A stretch of DNA of 64,000 bases from the IMG/VR virus record IMGVR_UViG_3300037560_000207, positions 64,001 to 128,000 of that record; one strand, 5' to 3'. The translations under genes and the position numbers were made by a program. The notes beneath the pieces are model-generated. The model worked only from the letters and a program-made list of their open reading frames with translations. It searched no databases and was not told the origin of the DNA. This DNA is from a virus. Of this stretch, positions 28,097 to 37,915 are shown in pieces (position 1 is the first letter of the stretch; the number at the start of each line of letters is the position of its first letter).

Positions 28097-28321
28097 GTGA
28101 ACCATGATTATACTGGTTTGATATTAACTCAAGATAAAAATAAACCCTACCAATATAGAATAGAATTGTGGATTGGAGGAGTCAAATCAGAAACAAACAG
28201 AACTTTTAATACCTCCCATCAAGCGTTGAAAGAAGTTGTTAGAATAATGGATGGCCTCAAGTTACCACTTGAGTCTTTAAGTATCAACATAGTAGATGTT
28301 TCAGTACTGAAGACATCGTAA
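28097..28321 (+). CDS. hypothetical protein
   Basis: GTG start, GGGGA RBS. Confidence 0.45.
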   Translation: MNHDYTGLILTQDKNKPYQYRIELWIGGVKSETNRTFNTSHQALKEVVRIMDGLKLPLESLSINIVDVSVLKTS

Positions 28322-28354
28322 GTATCATGAATTCCAAAAAAAGAAGGATAATAA

Positions 28355-29902
28355 ATGGAAAATTTCAAAACAAACATCTCTGACTATATTTGTTCTGGTC
28401 ATGCATTATTGCATATTGATACATTTGAGAAAGACAGAGCTATTGCTGAAATAGCCGAAATAGCTAAAACTATTGATAGGAAAATTATAATTTGGAGCGT
28501 TAGTCAAGGTTGGGTTGACGAAAAAGGTGCACCAGTTTGTAAGGTTAAAGCAGAAGATTCAATTGAAGATCAGCTAAAAGCTATTATCGATTTCGGAGAA
28601 GGTATCATATGTATTCTTCAAGATTTCGGTGTATATCTAAAATATGAAACATATCCTAACTACGACGTTACAATAAGTTTGTTAAATGATCTTCGTAAAA
28701 TTATGGCATCGGTTCGTCAATCTATTATCTTTGTAGGCCCTGGCTTCGAAATACCACTCTCTTTAACACATGATATAGCACAAATAGATTTTAGTTTACC
28801 AGACGAAAAAGCAATAGAAGAAAGAATAAGGTTCATCTGTAAAGATGTTTCGAAAAGTGATGGGGATAAATTTAAACTTAACGAGGCAATACTCCCTGAA
28901 ATAATCTTCGCTTGCAAAGGAATGACCTCAAGTGAAGTTGCCGATCGTGTAGCGTTAAGCCTAAGAAAACATAAAGATTTAAATAAAGATGCAATCAAAA
29001 CTTTAGTAAGAGAAAAAGCTTCAGTAATCAATTCATCTGGTCTTTTACAATATATTGAACCACGCACAAAGGGGCTGTCAGATGTGGGAGGCTACGAAGT
29101 TCTTAAAAATCATGTGAAACTCGATAAACCATGCTTCACCCAAGAAGCTAAGGAATTTGGAATAGAATTTCCTCGCGGAATTTTAGAAGTAGGTGTCCCG
29201 GGTTGTGGGAAAACATTAATGTCTGAAGCAATAGCGGCTGATTTTAACTTGCCATTAATTGCATTCGACGTGGGAAGTATAATGGGTTCTCTTGTTGGTC
29301 AATCCGAAGCCAATATGAGACAAGCTATTAAAATTATTGAAAGTGTTGCTCCATGTGTCCTCCAGGTAGACGAAATTGAAAAAGCATTTGGAGGCAATAA
29401 TGATCTTGACGGTGGCACTTCTAAAAGAACCTTCTCTAGTTTCCTTAAATGGATGAGTGACAGAGAATCTGCTGTTTATATTGTTGCGACCGCCAATGAT
29501 GTTAGTAGTCTTCCGGTTGAGCTTCTACGGTCTGGGAGATTTGACGCGCTGTTCGGTTTTGATCTACCTAACGAAGATGAAAGGCAACAAATATTTGATA
29601 TCCACATAACTAAAAGGGGTAGGAGTAGTAAATCTTTTAATACTAAGAAATTGTCCCAAAAGGCAATTAATTTTGTAGGAGCTGATATAGAACAGGCCGT
29701 TAAAATGGCACTCAAAATCGCATTTGCTCAGAAGAAACAATTAAAACAATCCCATATTGAACTAGCCATCGAAAAAATCGTTCCCTTAAGTAAGGTAGAA
29801 CCTGAAAAAATTAAAGCAATTCAAGAATGGTGCCAAAAACATACACGGATGGCAAATCCCCAAGAAAAAACTGAAACAACCAGAAAAGTTTCTCTTGATT
29901 AG
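28355..29902 (+). CDS. Ycf46-type AAA+ ATPase (degenerate N-terminal AAA plus one intact AAA)
   Basis: Walker A GVPGCGKT; Walker B VLQVDEIEK; VATAN; LLRSGRFD; N-terminal FEKDRA...LQDF. Confidence 0.88.
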   Translation: MENFKTNISDYICSGHALLHIDTFEKDRAIAEIAEIAKTIDRKIIIWSVSQGWVDEKGAPVCKVKAEDSIEDQLKAIIDFGEGIICILQDFGVYLKYETYPNYDVTISLLNDLRKIMASVRQSIIFVGPGFEIPLSLTHDIAQIDFSLPDEKAIEERIRFICKDVSKSDGDKFKLNEAILPEIIFACKGMTSSEVADRVALSLRKHKDLNKDAIKTLVREKASVINSSGLLQYIEPRTKGLSDVGGYEVLKNHVKLDKPCFTQEAKEFGIEFPRGILEVGVPGCGKTLMSEAIAADFNLPLIAFDVGSIMGSLVGQSEANMRQAIKIIESVAPCVLQVDEIEKAFGGNNDLDGGTSKRTFSSFLKWMSDRESAVYIVATANDVSSLPVELLRSGRFDALFGFDLPNEDERQQIFDIHITKRGRSSKSFNTKKLSQKAINFVGADIEQAVKMALKIAFAQKKQLKQSHIELAIEKIVPLSKVEPEKIKAIQEWCQKHTRMANPQEKTETTRKVSLD

Positions 29903-29910
29903 AGGGTCTT

Positions 29911-30522
29911 ATGTCGGGATTTATTAATTTAATAGGGAAAAGATTTGGTAAATTGATTGTTATTCGAAGAATGAATAATAATAAAAGCAATAAAATAACA
30001 TGGCTATGTAAATGTGATTGTGGTAATAAAAAAATAATTTGTGGTGGGGACTTAAAAAACGGACGCACTCAAAGTTGTAGATGCCTACTTATAACACATA
30101 GTCTTAGCGACCATAACTTATATCCTATATGGAACCAAATGATACAAAGATGTACAAATATTAATGATAAATATTATAATATTTATGGTGGCCGAGGAAT
30201 CAATGTTTGTAAGAAATGGAGAGAATTCCCGAGTTTTCTTAGAGATATGGGAAGTGGGTGGAAACCCGGATTGACTCTTGAACGAACTAATAATAAACTA
30301 GGATATTTCAAAGATAATTGCGAATGGGCAACTCAGAAACAACAACAGAGAAATAGGCGAGACAATCATTTGGAAACTTATAATACTAAAACACAATGCC
30401 TAGCAGCCTGGGAGGAAGAAACCGGTATTAACCAAAGTACTATTCGATATAGACTCAAGGTTGGTTGGTCAATAGAAAAAGCCTTAACAACACCAGTTCA
30501 AAAAAGGAGAAAAAAGAAATGA
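29911..30522 (+). CDS. HNH homing endonuclease (copy 2)
   Basis: Same motif set as copy 1. Confidence 0.85.
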   Translation: MSGFINLIGKRFGKLIVIRRMNNNKSNKITWLCKCDCGNKKIICGGDLKNGRTQSCRCLLITHSLSDHNLYPIWNQMIQRCTNINDKYYNIYGGRGINVCKKWREFPSFLRDMGSGWKPGLTLERTNNKLGYFKDNCEWATQKQQQRNRRDNHLETYNTKTQCLAAWEEETGINQSTIRYRLKVGWSIEKALTTPVQKRRKKK

Positions 30523-31529
30523 CTACAACAGTAAAAGAAAAACCAAAAGTAAAAGACGACACAATAAATTTATTTGATGTCGGCGCGCTAGTAAATCTTA
30601 AAATTACCACATGGAGTGCGCGCAAAATGATTACCCGCGCAGATTTAGTCAGGGTTGGATACGATCCAGATAGTCTCCCGGAAGAAATCTGTAATCTTGG
30701 TCGCAAATTACTGGTACCCAAATCGGAAATTCAAAGTCTAACTCAAATCGAACAAAGAGCAAGAAAAGCTCTTGAAAGATTCTCAGTACCATTTGGAATA
30801 GCCTCAGCGCACTTCATTCCTATAAAATTATTGCCCACCGTAGAACAACAGCTAAAAGAACTTAAGAAAGAGTTTTTTACTAGAATTGATAGTTTCATTA
30901 CTCGTTTTAGTGACCTGATTCAAGCGGTCAAAACCTCGCATCCAGATTTCTGGGAAAAATGCTTAAAAAATCACTATCCACCCAACCCCAAAGCTTTACG
31001 GAGTTACTTCCAATTTAATTGGTATATATTCAAAATCTCAGGCATGGATTCTATAAAAGAAACCACTATTGATGAAGTTGTTTCCAAACAAAAGGTCCAA
31101 GATGAGCGAACACAAGAACTGCGAAATCAAATGCAAGTTGAGGTAGGTGGATTTGTTGAAGAATACGTATGCACAATGAGAAATGAAACCATACGATTTT
31201 GTAACCTTATGGAAGCTCGCATCAATGGAAAAGCTTTTGGTGATGAAAACGAAGCTAAAAGGCTTACACCAAAATCCATCGCTTGTTTCCGAAGCTATCT
31301 TGATAGGTTTAGACAAATGAATATATTCGGGGACAATGAAGTTGAAAAAATGCTCTCCGAATTCCGGGATACATTCTTAGACTCTAATATAGCTCCAAAA
31401 GATTTCGAGTCGGCTACTATCAAAAATAGCGTAACACAAGCACTAGAGGCTATTAGAAACAAAGCAGCGTTAGAAGGCTCAAGTAGCAGTAGGTTTATAG
31501 GTGAACTTAAGAGAAGGATAATTTTGTAA
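30519..31529 (+). CDS. DUF3150-like helical protein
   Basis: AAGGAG RBS; VNLKITTWSARK...LGRKLLVP...LERFSVPF...FIP; mostly helical. Confidence 0.5.
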   Translation: MTTTVKEKPKVKDDTINLFDVGALVNLKITTWSARKMITRADLVRVGYDPDSLPEEICNLGRKLLVPKSEIQSLTQIEQRARKALERFSVPFGIASAHFIPIKLLPTVEQQLKELKKEFFTRIDSFITRFSDLIQAVKTSHPDFWEKCLKNHYPPNPKALRSYFQFNWYIFKISGMDSIKETTIDEVVSKQKVQDERTQELRNQMQVEVGGFVEEYVCTMRNETIRFCNLMEARINGKAFGDENEAKRLTPKSIACFRSYLDRFRQMNIFGDNEVEKMLSEFRDTFLDSNIAPKDFESATIKNSVTQALEAIRNKAALEGSSSSRFIGELKRRIIL

Positions 31530-31542
31530 AGGAAATGATGGT

Positions 31543-31884
31543 ATGGTAACGAACGATCTAAACAATGCAATAAGATCACTGCAACAATGTAATAATCGCG
31601 TACATATTCTTTATCTCCAGATGAATGAACTATTAAATGATATCGATGACCATCTCAATAATCCCGACGATTATTGCGAAGAATGTGGTGAACTGTATGA
31701 CGATTGTGTCTGTGAAGAAGATGATTATATGGATGACGATTGCTTTGAATGTGGTGGTGATCCTGAGATTTGTGGTTGCTGGGATGATAATGATAATCCA
31801 GGGTGCAATGGTTATGGAACTGAGGTGGTAACTCCACCTCTGAATGCGTTTGCAAGGGCAAGAATATTAAATGAAAATTATTAA
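31543..31884 (+). CDS. acidic Cys-rich protein
   Basis: CEECG...CVC...CFECG...CGC set in Asp-rich sequence. Confidence 0.55.
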   Translation: MVTNDLNNAIRSLQQCNNRVHILYLQMNELLNDIDDHLNNPDDYCEECGELYDDCVCEEDDYMDDDCFECGGDPEICGCWDDNDNPGCNGYGTEVVTPPLNAFARARILNENY

Positions 31885-32083
31885 ATACGATAAAAGTCCT
31901 GTGGGTAGAAAGACTGTCGTCCAAATAACCCGTAGCGAAGCAATAACATAATAGCAGCACTTTCTGATAACTTATATCGAAATCAACCACCAAGCAAAGC
32001 CTATTCTCCATGCGTTGGTAAACCAACACTTACCGAAAATGGAGAATTTTTTGATATCGAAGTCGTTGATAAGGAGTAAATCC

Positions 32084-32275
32084 ATGGAAGAACCACTGCC
32101 GTGCCCGTTTTGCGGTGAAGATGTTGCACCGAATGAACATAAATTCATTGATGGTCACATTCATTATTATCTCACATGTTGGAATGATGATTGTGAAGTA
32201 AACCCCGAAATAAAGAGACCATCGCATAGTAAAGAAGAAATCATTTGTAAATGGAACAAAAGAAAGGAGAATTAA
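32084..32275 (+). CDS. Lar-family (restriction alleviation-like) zinc-ribbon protein
   Basis: AAGGAG RBS; LPCPFCG...C...C...WNKR. Confidence 0.6.
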   Translation: MEEPLPCPFCGEDVAPNEHKFIDGHIHYYLTCWNDDCEVNPEIKRPSHSKEEIICKWNKRKEN

Positions 32276-32276
32276 A

Positions 32277-32519
32277 ATGAATCGCGTCCGTATTTGTGGC
32301 GAAATCATTAATCAATATGAACGAGTTATCGTAGTATCAGATGAAGAATTACAACAATTACGCAGTAATCTAAATCATGTAAAAAACAAAGGAGATCAAT
32401 CTATTGATGATTTCTTAGGAGAAAGTTATGGAGATCAACCTTTCGATTGGCAATGTATTGAGTGGTCAGCGGAATTAATCAATGACAAGGGCCTAGTAAT
32501 CGAGTCTCTAGATACTTAA
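32277..32519 (+). CDS. hypothetical protein
   Basis: AAGGAG RBS. Confidence 0.55.
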   Translation: MNRVRICGEIINQYERVIVVSDEELQQLRSNLNHVKNKGDQSIDDFLGESYGDQPFDWQCIEWSAELINDKGLVIESLDT

Positions 32520-32529
32520 GGAGATAACA

Positions 32530-32943
32530 ATGTCAAGATATTGCGTAGTAAAGACGATTTTTATGGACGAAGACGCTCTCGTCGATGCACTCGTAGAGAC
32601 TGGTAATTGGACGACAGAACAAATCGAAGTCCATACTGATGCTCAACATCTCAGGGGATATCAAAATGATATAAGACCAGAAATAGCCCATATTATTATA
32701 CGCAAAAAAACTGTCGGAACATCATCCAATGATATCGGTTTCATCAGAAAAGAAGATGGTACCTACGAGGCAATTATATCGGCATATGACTCTAGTAAGT
32801 ATGGGTCTAAATTCATGGGTAAACTAAAAGGTAACTACGCATTCCATAAACTCCGTCGAGAACAAGAAGGTCGTGGTCGACAAGTTTTTCGCACACGATG
32901 TCCAAATGGACGTCAAAGGGTTGAGATTGTTGGATACAGATAA
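32530..32943 (+). CDS. DUF1257 (Ycf35-like) protein
   Basis: MSRY..VKT.F.D..ALV.AL...LRGY...DIGF....G.Y..I...YD. Confidence 0.7.
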   Translation: MSRYCVVKTIFMDEDALVDALVETGNWTTEQIEVHTDAQHLRGYQNDIRPEIAHIIIRKKTVGTSSNDIGFIRKEDGTYEAIISAYDSSKYGSKFMGKLKGNYAFHKLRREQEGRGRQVFRTRCPNGRQRVEIVGYR

Positions 32944-32954
32944 AGGAAAGTGTA

Positions 32955-33158
32955 ATGGCCAATACAATAGCAAAAGCTTATGGAAATGATTCGACAAGGA
33001 CAAAAGAAACCCATAGATTAGGGGGCCAATCAGCTACCGGAGAAGCAAATACCTGGAGAACATTTTCCAGAACACATGTAAATAAAGACGGTAGCGGATA
33101 CTTTCAACTAGAAAGAGATGGAAAAATCATCCACTCCCATGGGTGGGGGCCTGAATGA
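32955..33158 (+). CDS. phage hypothetical protein
   Basis: AAGGA RBS. Confidence 0.55.
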   Translation: MANTIAKAYGNDSTRTKETHRLGGQSATGEANTWRTFSRTHVNKDGSGYFQLERDGKIIHSHGWGPE

Positions 33159-33171
33159 GTAGATAAAAATT

Positions 33172-33597
33172 ATGTCAATTACGTTGTCAAGTTTCTTTAA
33201 ACATAGCCCGAATGGTAGTCTATCATTTATTGATGAAACTGGAGCCCCAATACGTGCAATATTCTGTTTCACAGGAAAAGCACCGATGTCTCGTAGTAAA
33301 ATGGAAGCACTTGCCATAAAAGCTGGTGCATCGATAACAAAATCAATAACTAATAAAACAACTATATTAGTAGCAGCTAATCAATGTAATCAATCTACCA
33401 AAATTAAAAAAGCCATCTCGATGGGAATTAATCTTATAAGTCCAAAAGAATTCTTTCAAATGTGTGAGCATACAATGAAACTTAGAACAATAGTAACAAA
33501 TGCTGTAGAAAAGGCTAAGTCACAACAGACATATACTAAATCAAAAACAAAACCAATTAAAAAGAAACATTCGTTTACTCGACGAATAGAATTGTAA
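33172..33597 (+). CDS. stand-alone BRCT-domain protein
   Basis: FCFTGKAPMSRSKMEALAIKAGASI..SI...TTILV closely parallels the ligA BRCT (ICFTGKSPKPRPEM..LAKAAGASV..SV...TTILV). Confidence 0.78.
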   Translation: MSITLSSFFKHSPNGSLSFIDETGAPIRAIFCFTGKAPMSRSKMEALAIKAGASITKSITNKTTILVAANQCNQSTKIKKAISMGINLISPKEFFQMCEHTMKLRTIVTNAVEKAKSQQTYTKSKTKPIKKKHSFTRRIEL

Positions 33598-33608
33598 AGG
33601 AAATATAT

Positions 33609-33791
33609 ATGGTAAAAGAAGTTGAATTGCCAAACGACAAAAATATAAAAAATATATGTGACGACCTGATGAGGGACATCGCCAGGCTTCCATTAAAGGA
33701 CAATCCTGAACTTCAAAAGAAGGTTCGGGAGGCGTGGGAAGGAAAATATAAAAGAAGGGATAAAGATGCAAAAATTGCAATTAGAAATTAG
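33609..33791 (+). CDS. hypothetical protein
   Basis: AAGGA RBS. Confidence 0.45.
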   Translation: MVKEVELPNDKNIKNICDDLMRDIARLPLKDNPELQKKVREAWEGKYKRRDKDAKIAIRN

Positions 33792-34035
33792 ACGAATAAG
33801 TATCCTAACAGGCAGAGGAACAGATCAAATAAGCTTTTGTGTTCCAAACGATCAAGCATTGGATAAAGTGTTGGGCAATACAGAAGCCCGTCAGCTTTTT
33901 CCAGAACTCAGTTTTGATTTAAAAATCACTAAAGGTAAAGGTAAAGACTTACTAGCAGCACTCGGACTAACAGCCGACGAAATTATATCACTCGAACCCG
34001 TAAAATATGAATTTGGAAAACACAGATATGATTAA
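33766..34035 (+). CDS. hypothetical protein
   Basis: 89-aa ORF. Confidence 0.5.
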   Translation: MQKLQLEIRRISILTGRGTDQISFCVPNDQALDKVLGNTEARQLFPELSFDLKITKGKGKDLLAALGLTADEIISLEPVKYEFGKHRYD

Positions 34036-35530
34036 AACACTTGATAATAAAATAATCAACGATTTTTCAAAATTAAAACGAACTTACCGTGTATTAAAAA
34101 TATGCGATTCCTGTAGTACAGAAAGTAAACCACAATGGAGACACGCAAAAGCTTCCAGGGAAAAATGGAACAAAGATTTATGCGGTCCATGTACACGAAG
34201 TAAAAATCATGAAAGAATTAAAACTAGATATGGCCGTAAAATAAAAGCCGGAATACCAGGCAATTATGTGTTTCTATGGGATGAAAGACGTAAGAAATAT
34301 GTTGGAGAACATCAACTTATCTGGGAAGAAAGAACTGGCTTCAAAGTAGCAGGTACTGATATTAAAATCCACCATATTAATGGCCAAAAAGATAACAACT
34401 TGCCAGAAAATTTATGCGCTGTTTTCGGACATGCTGACCACAGAAAATTACATGCAAGATTAGAAAAAATAGCTTTTGAACTCGTTAAAAGAGGTGTCAT
34501 CTATTTCAACCATGACACTTGCGAATATTTTATCAATCCATCAGTAAAGATGTCTACTGCTCCAATATCTCTTGGATTCGAAGATATAGCTATTCTTCAA
34601 AAAAAGGCAATAGTCCGGTCACGAACCGACGTAAATATCACATCCGAAATAATGAGGAATATTGTATTAAATATTCCACTAATTGCTGCCAATATGAGTA
34701 CAGTAACTAATGTTGAATTTTGTATTTTACTTGAAAAATTAGGTGGCATGGGGGTATTACATAGAGCTTCTTCTAATGATTTATTAGAACAATGGACCAG
34801 CCAAATAGCACAATACAACAAGCTAGTAGCTGTTTCAATAGGTATTGGTGCTTCACAATTAGACCTAGCTAAAAAATTAATTCGTGCCAATGCCAACATT
34901 ATCTTTATAGATGTTGCCCACGGATATTGTGATCCTGTAATTGATTTAGGTCGTAAAATCAAAAAATTCGCACCAGATGTACATATTGTGGTTGGAAATA
35001 CCATACATCCTGGCTTATTTGCAGAAAGTGCAGATTTTGCATCAGCAGTCAAAGTTGGAATTGCTCAGGGATTTGCTTGTGAAACTAAAAATACAGCAGG
35101 AGTAACAGAAAAACAATTTTCAGCTATTCAAAAATGTATTATGGCATCCAAAATTTATGGGCTCCCAATGATCAGTGACGGGGGGATCAGAGAACCAGCC
35201 GATTTTGTAAAAGCAATTGCTGCTGGAGCGTCAAGTGTCATGGCAGGTAAAATCTTTGCCTCATGTCCAGAAAGTGCTGCCCAATTAAGTGAAAATGGGG
35301 AAAAAATATATGCAGGAATGGCAAGCCGATTTGTACAAGAACAATGGCATGGCCACGTAAAAAATGACACCCCAGAAGGTGGAATAAGATATCTCCCATT
35401 AGGAGAATCTGCGGAAAATTTACTTAAAAGGTATGCTGGATCATTAAGGTCTGGCATATCTTATGCTGGTTGTTCTAATATTCAGAATTTTCAAGACAAT
35501 GTAGATTTTGTAATAATTGGAAAAGTTTAG
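34028..35530 (+). CDS. HNH domain fused in frame to an IMPDH/GMP-reductase family enzyme lacking CBS domains
   Basis: EHQLIWE...IHHING.KDNN.PENL (HNH); then LGFEDI...SR...PLIAANMSTV, GVLHR, IDVAHG, VGIAQGFAC (catalytic Cys), ISDGGI, YAGMAS, LRSGISY. Confidence 0.82.
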   Translation: MIKTLDNKIINDFSKLKRTYRVLKICDSCSTESKPQWRHAKASREKWNKDLCGPCTRSKNHERIKTRYGRKIKAGIPGNYVFLWDERRKKYVGEHQLIWEERTGFKVAGTDIKIHHINGQKDNNLPENLCAVFGHADHRKLHARLEKIAFELVKRGVIYFNHDTCEYFINPSVKMSTAPISLGFEDIAILQKKAIVRSRTDVNITSEIMRNIVLNIPLIAANMSTVTNVEFCILLEKLGGMGVLHRASSNDLLEQWTSQIAQYNKLVAVSIGIGASQLDLAKKLIRANANIIFIDVAHGYCDPVIDLGRKIKKFAPDVHIVVGNTIHPGLFAESADFASAVKVGIAQGFACETKNTAGVTEKQFSAIQKCIMASKIYGLPMISDGGIREPADFVKAIAAGASSVMAGKIFASCPESAAQLSENGEKIYAGMASRFVQEQWHGHVKNDTPEGGIRYLPLGESAENLLKRYAGSLRSGISYAGCSNIQNFQDNVDFVIIGKV

Positions 35531-35537
35531 GCACAAA

Positions 35538-35789
35538 ATGAAAATCATATTAGAAATCGATGAAGTAGGAGATGTACACGGATTATACACAGATAAAGTC
35601 AACTTGTTTTCTATCGGGAGGATTGAGAACGTCAAAAAAGCGTCTAACGTAGAATTTAATGAACAGTCCCAAACTTGGATGGTGCTTTCTTTAGATAGCA
35701 AAGTCTTATATCAAAATCAAAACAGAGAAGTAGCAATACAAAAAGAGATCGAACTTTTTTCTCCAGGAGGAAAATTCTATGACAGGTAA
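35538..35789 (+). CDS. conserved hypothetical protein of the DUF1257/DUF2997 neighbourhood
   Basis: I.ID..G.V.GLY...V.L..IG......ASNVEF.....W.V pattern (recalled). Confidence 0.5.
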   Translation: MKIILEIDEVGDVHGLYTDKVNLFSIGRIENVKKASNVEFNEQSQTWMVLSLDSKVLYQNQNREVAIQKEIELFSPGGKFYDR

Positions 35790-36009
35790 ATGCCCAAAAT
35801 GTGGCTATAAACAATATAAGAAAAGAGATGATCCCAGATGTCCTAGATGTAAATTATCACATGGTCCACACGGATGGTATTACTGTCAATCCTGTATGGA
35901 CAAAGGCGCACCCATGGTTCTTGGTCGTCGTGTCGATTATTACCGTAAAAAATATGGTAAAAATTGGTGGAGAGTATTGGTTAAAAAACAGAGGAGTAAA
36001 GTCGTATGA
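35779..36009 (+). CDS. zinc-finger protein
   Basis: CPKCG, CPRC, CQSC; GGAGG RBS. Confidence 0.55.
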   Translation: MTGKCPKCGYKQYKKRDDPRCPRCKLSHGPHGWYYCQSCMDKGAPMVLGRRVDYYRKKYGKNWWRVLVKKQRSKVV

Positions 36010-36196
36010 GAAAAGTACATTATCAAGTCGTATTAGACGTATTCACCAGTGAGGATGATAACGTTAGTAGTGGAACCGAAATACTGGGAGAGGCTGATTT
36101 TTGGCCAAATATATGGAATAGTGATGATGTTGATATATTGGATGTGATGACAAAAAGTGTCAGAATCACTGACTCACGCTAAGGAGATTTATAGTC

Positions 36197-36391
36197 ATGG
36201 CTACCAAAAAAGAGTATATAGAAGCTGCGGTTGAACGAATTAGGGATTGGTGTAAGTCAACCGATTGTAAAATCCCAGATATTGCCTATATGTCAATCCA
36301 TCAAGAACTTAGAACAATGTTTGAAGCAGGTATACTTTTTGTTGAAAATAAAGAGCAACATACATTCGAACCGTTCGATCTATTTCCTTAA
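36197..36391 (+). CDS. hypothetical protein
   Basis: AAGGAG RBS. Confidence 0.5.
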   Translation: MATKKEYIEAAVERIRDWCKSTDCKIPDIAYMSIHQELRTMFEAGILFVENKEQHTFEPFDLFP

Positions 36392-36401
36392 GAAAGAAAA
36401 G

Positions 36402-36674
36402 ATGAATATTGTCAAAAAAATCGCTGATTTATGTAAAAAATCCAAAACCACAAAGAAAACCCCGCAATTTGCTTTTTGTGAATCAATATATGCTAGTAGT
36501 ATAAGTCCGTGGCATATCAGAGAATTAACATATCGGGGACTTAAACTAAGTGGCGGAGCCGATACAAAATCTCTCTGTGATCGAGAAATGAGTTGGGATT
36601 TGGATGTAGAAATTACACCGCATCATTTAACCCATTGTTGTAATAAATGCGCACAAAAATTTAAGGAGATTTAA
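36402..36674 (+). CDS. hypothetical protein with Cys/His cluster
   Basis: HI...LC...CCNKC. Confidence 0.45.
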   Translation: MNIVKKIADLCKKSKTTKKTPQFAFCESIYASSISPWHIRELTYRGLKLSGGADTKSLCDREMSWDLDVEITPHHLTHCCNKCAQKFKEI

Positions 36675-37031
36675 ATGCCACTATACAAATGCGAAGTAAC
36701 TTTTGATATTGTCGTAGACGCAAGAGATAAAAAAGATGCTGTCAAATTAGCTGATGATAATATCCACGAAGAAATTAATAATACAGGAGAACAACCTATA
36801 AAAATAACAATAAAACAAATTACAAATATCCGTGATCTACCACATAATTGGCTAGAAGCAACTCCATGGAATAAACAAGAACATAGTCACACATGTTCAG
36901 ATATACTAGCATCAAAACAATTTAAACTACTCATATGTTGTAAATGCAAAAGTAAAATAGATTTAGTATCCGTCGCTAATCAAGTAGTATGTAAAAAATG
37001 TGCAATCAAAGAAATTAGAGGTAAAAAATGA
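36675..37031 (+). CDS. hypothetical protein with C-terminal Zn ribbon
   Basis: AAGGAG RBS; CCKC...CKKC. Confidence 0.55.
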   Translation: MPLYKCEVTFDIVVDARDKKDAVKLADDNIHEEINNTGEQPIKITIKQITNIRDLPHNWLEATPWNKQEHSHTCSDILASKQFKLLICCKCKSKIDLVSVANQVVCKKCAIKEIRGKK

Positions 37032-37252
37032 TAAAAAGAGATAAAATTTACATCATAAACATCAACGACCTTAGTGAGGTAAAATCTTTTTCAATTAAAG
37101 AAAATACCGCCGAAATGATAGCAGACTATTTTCTTGATAAAAAAATTGATTTACATCTCATTTGTCGTCCAGGTTATCGTTCTATTACTTTAAAATCATG
37201 GCTTCATACAAATATGATAAAAGAAATCCAAGAATGGTTAGAGGAGGAATAG
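37028..37252 (+). CDS. hypothetical protein
   Basis: ATGA overlap. Confidence 0.45.
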   Translation: MIKRDKIYIININDLSEVKSFSIKENTAEMIADYFLDKKIDLHLICRPGYRSITLKSWLHTNMIKEIQEWLEEE

Positions 37253-37254
37253 TC

Positions 37255-37458
37255 ATGCGTGGACAAAAGAAAATTGTAGTCGAGATTGATGAAGAAGGAA
37301 ATTGTTCCATAGATGGGCAAGGGTTCCAAGGCCCAGAATGTAGTCATTTTATAGGTGAAGTAGAAGAAGCTCTTGGGCAAAAAGTTTCTCAAAAAAACAA
37401 GCCGGAGTTTCGACAGCGTCGTGTAGTTAGTAAAAGAAATCTTCAGAGGAGTAGATAA
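37255..37458 (+). CDS. DUF2997 protein
   Basis: GAGGAGG RBS; I.VEID..G......QGF.GP.C......EEALG......KPEF. Confidence 0.75.
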   Translation: MRGQKKIVVEIDEEGNCSIDGQGFQGPECSHFIGEVEEALGQKVSQKNKPEFRQRRVVSKRNLQRSR

Positions 37459-37682
37459 TGAAACGAGCAAAAACTAAAGCGTCAGGGTATATCGTATTAT
37501 GGAAAGGGAACCTATTAACAAAATCAGGACATAAAGGGATTGAAGAAATGGTTGTTGTATGTGAGTCAGATGCTGTAGGTATGCATCCCACAAAACGTGC
37601 AGCCAATAACGCAATTGAACATGATAGGGATGGTACACCTTGGCACAGGGATGATTATACCGTTGTTCCCCTGACCCAATAA
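37458..37682 (+). CDS. hypothetical protein
   Basis: GAGGAG RBS; TAATG-type overlap. Confidence 0.45.
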   Translation: MKRAKTKASGYIVLWKGNLLTKSGHKGIEEMVVVCESDAVGMHPTKRAANNAIEHDRDGTPWHRDDYTVVPLTQ

Positions 37683-37915
37683 CCAAAGGAACAAATGTGA
37701 AAAAGAAAAGATCACGAATAGGTAATATTAGAATTAGTGGTAGCAAAGATCGTATATGGGGATGGCGTATTGATGTAACAAGTCCACTAACCACTATTAA
37801 ACCAGAGCAAGGTGTTTACTCTAGTAAAGCATCTGCTCTTCGAGCAGCTAGATATGCAGCAAAATGCTTTGGGATCACAGATGTAATTATTACTTACCAT
37901 GTGGGGATATAAATA

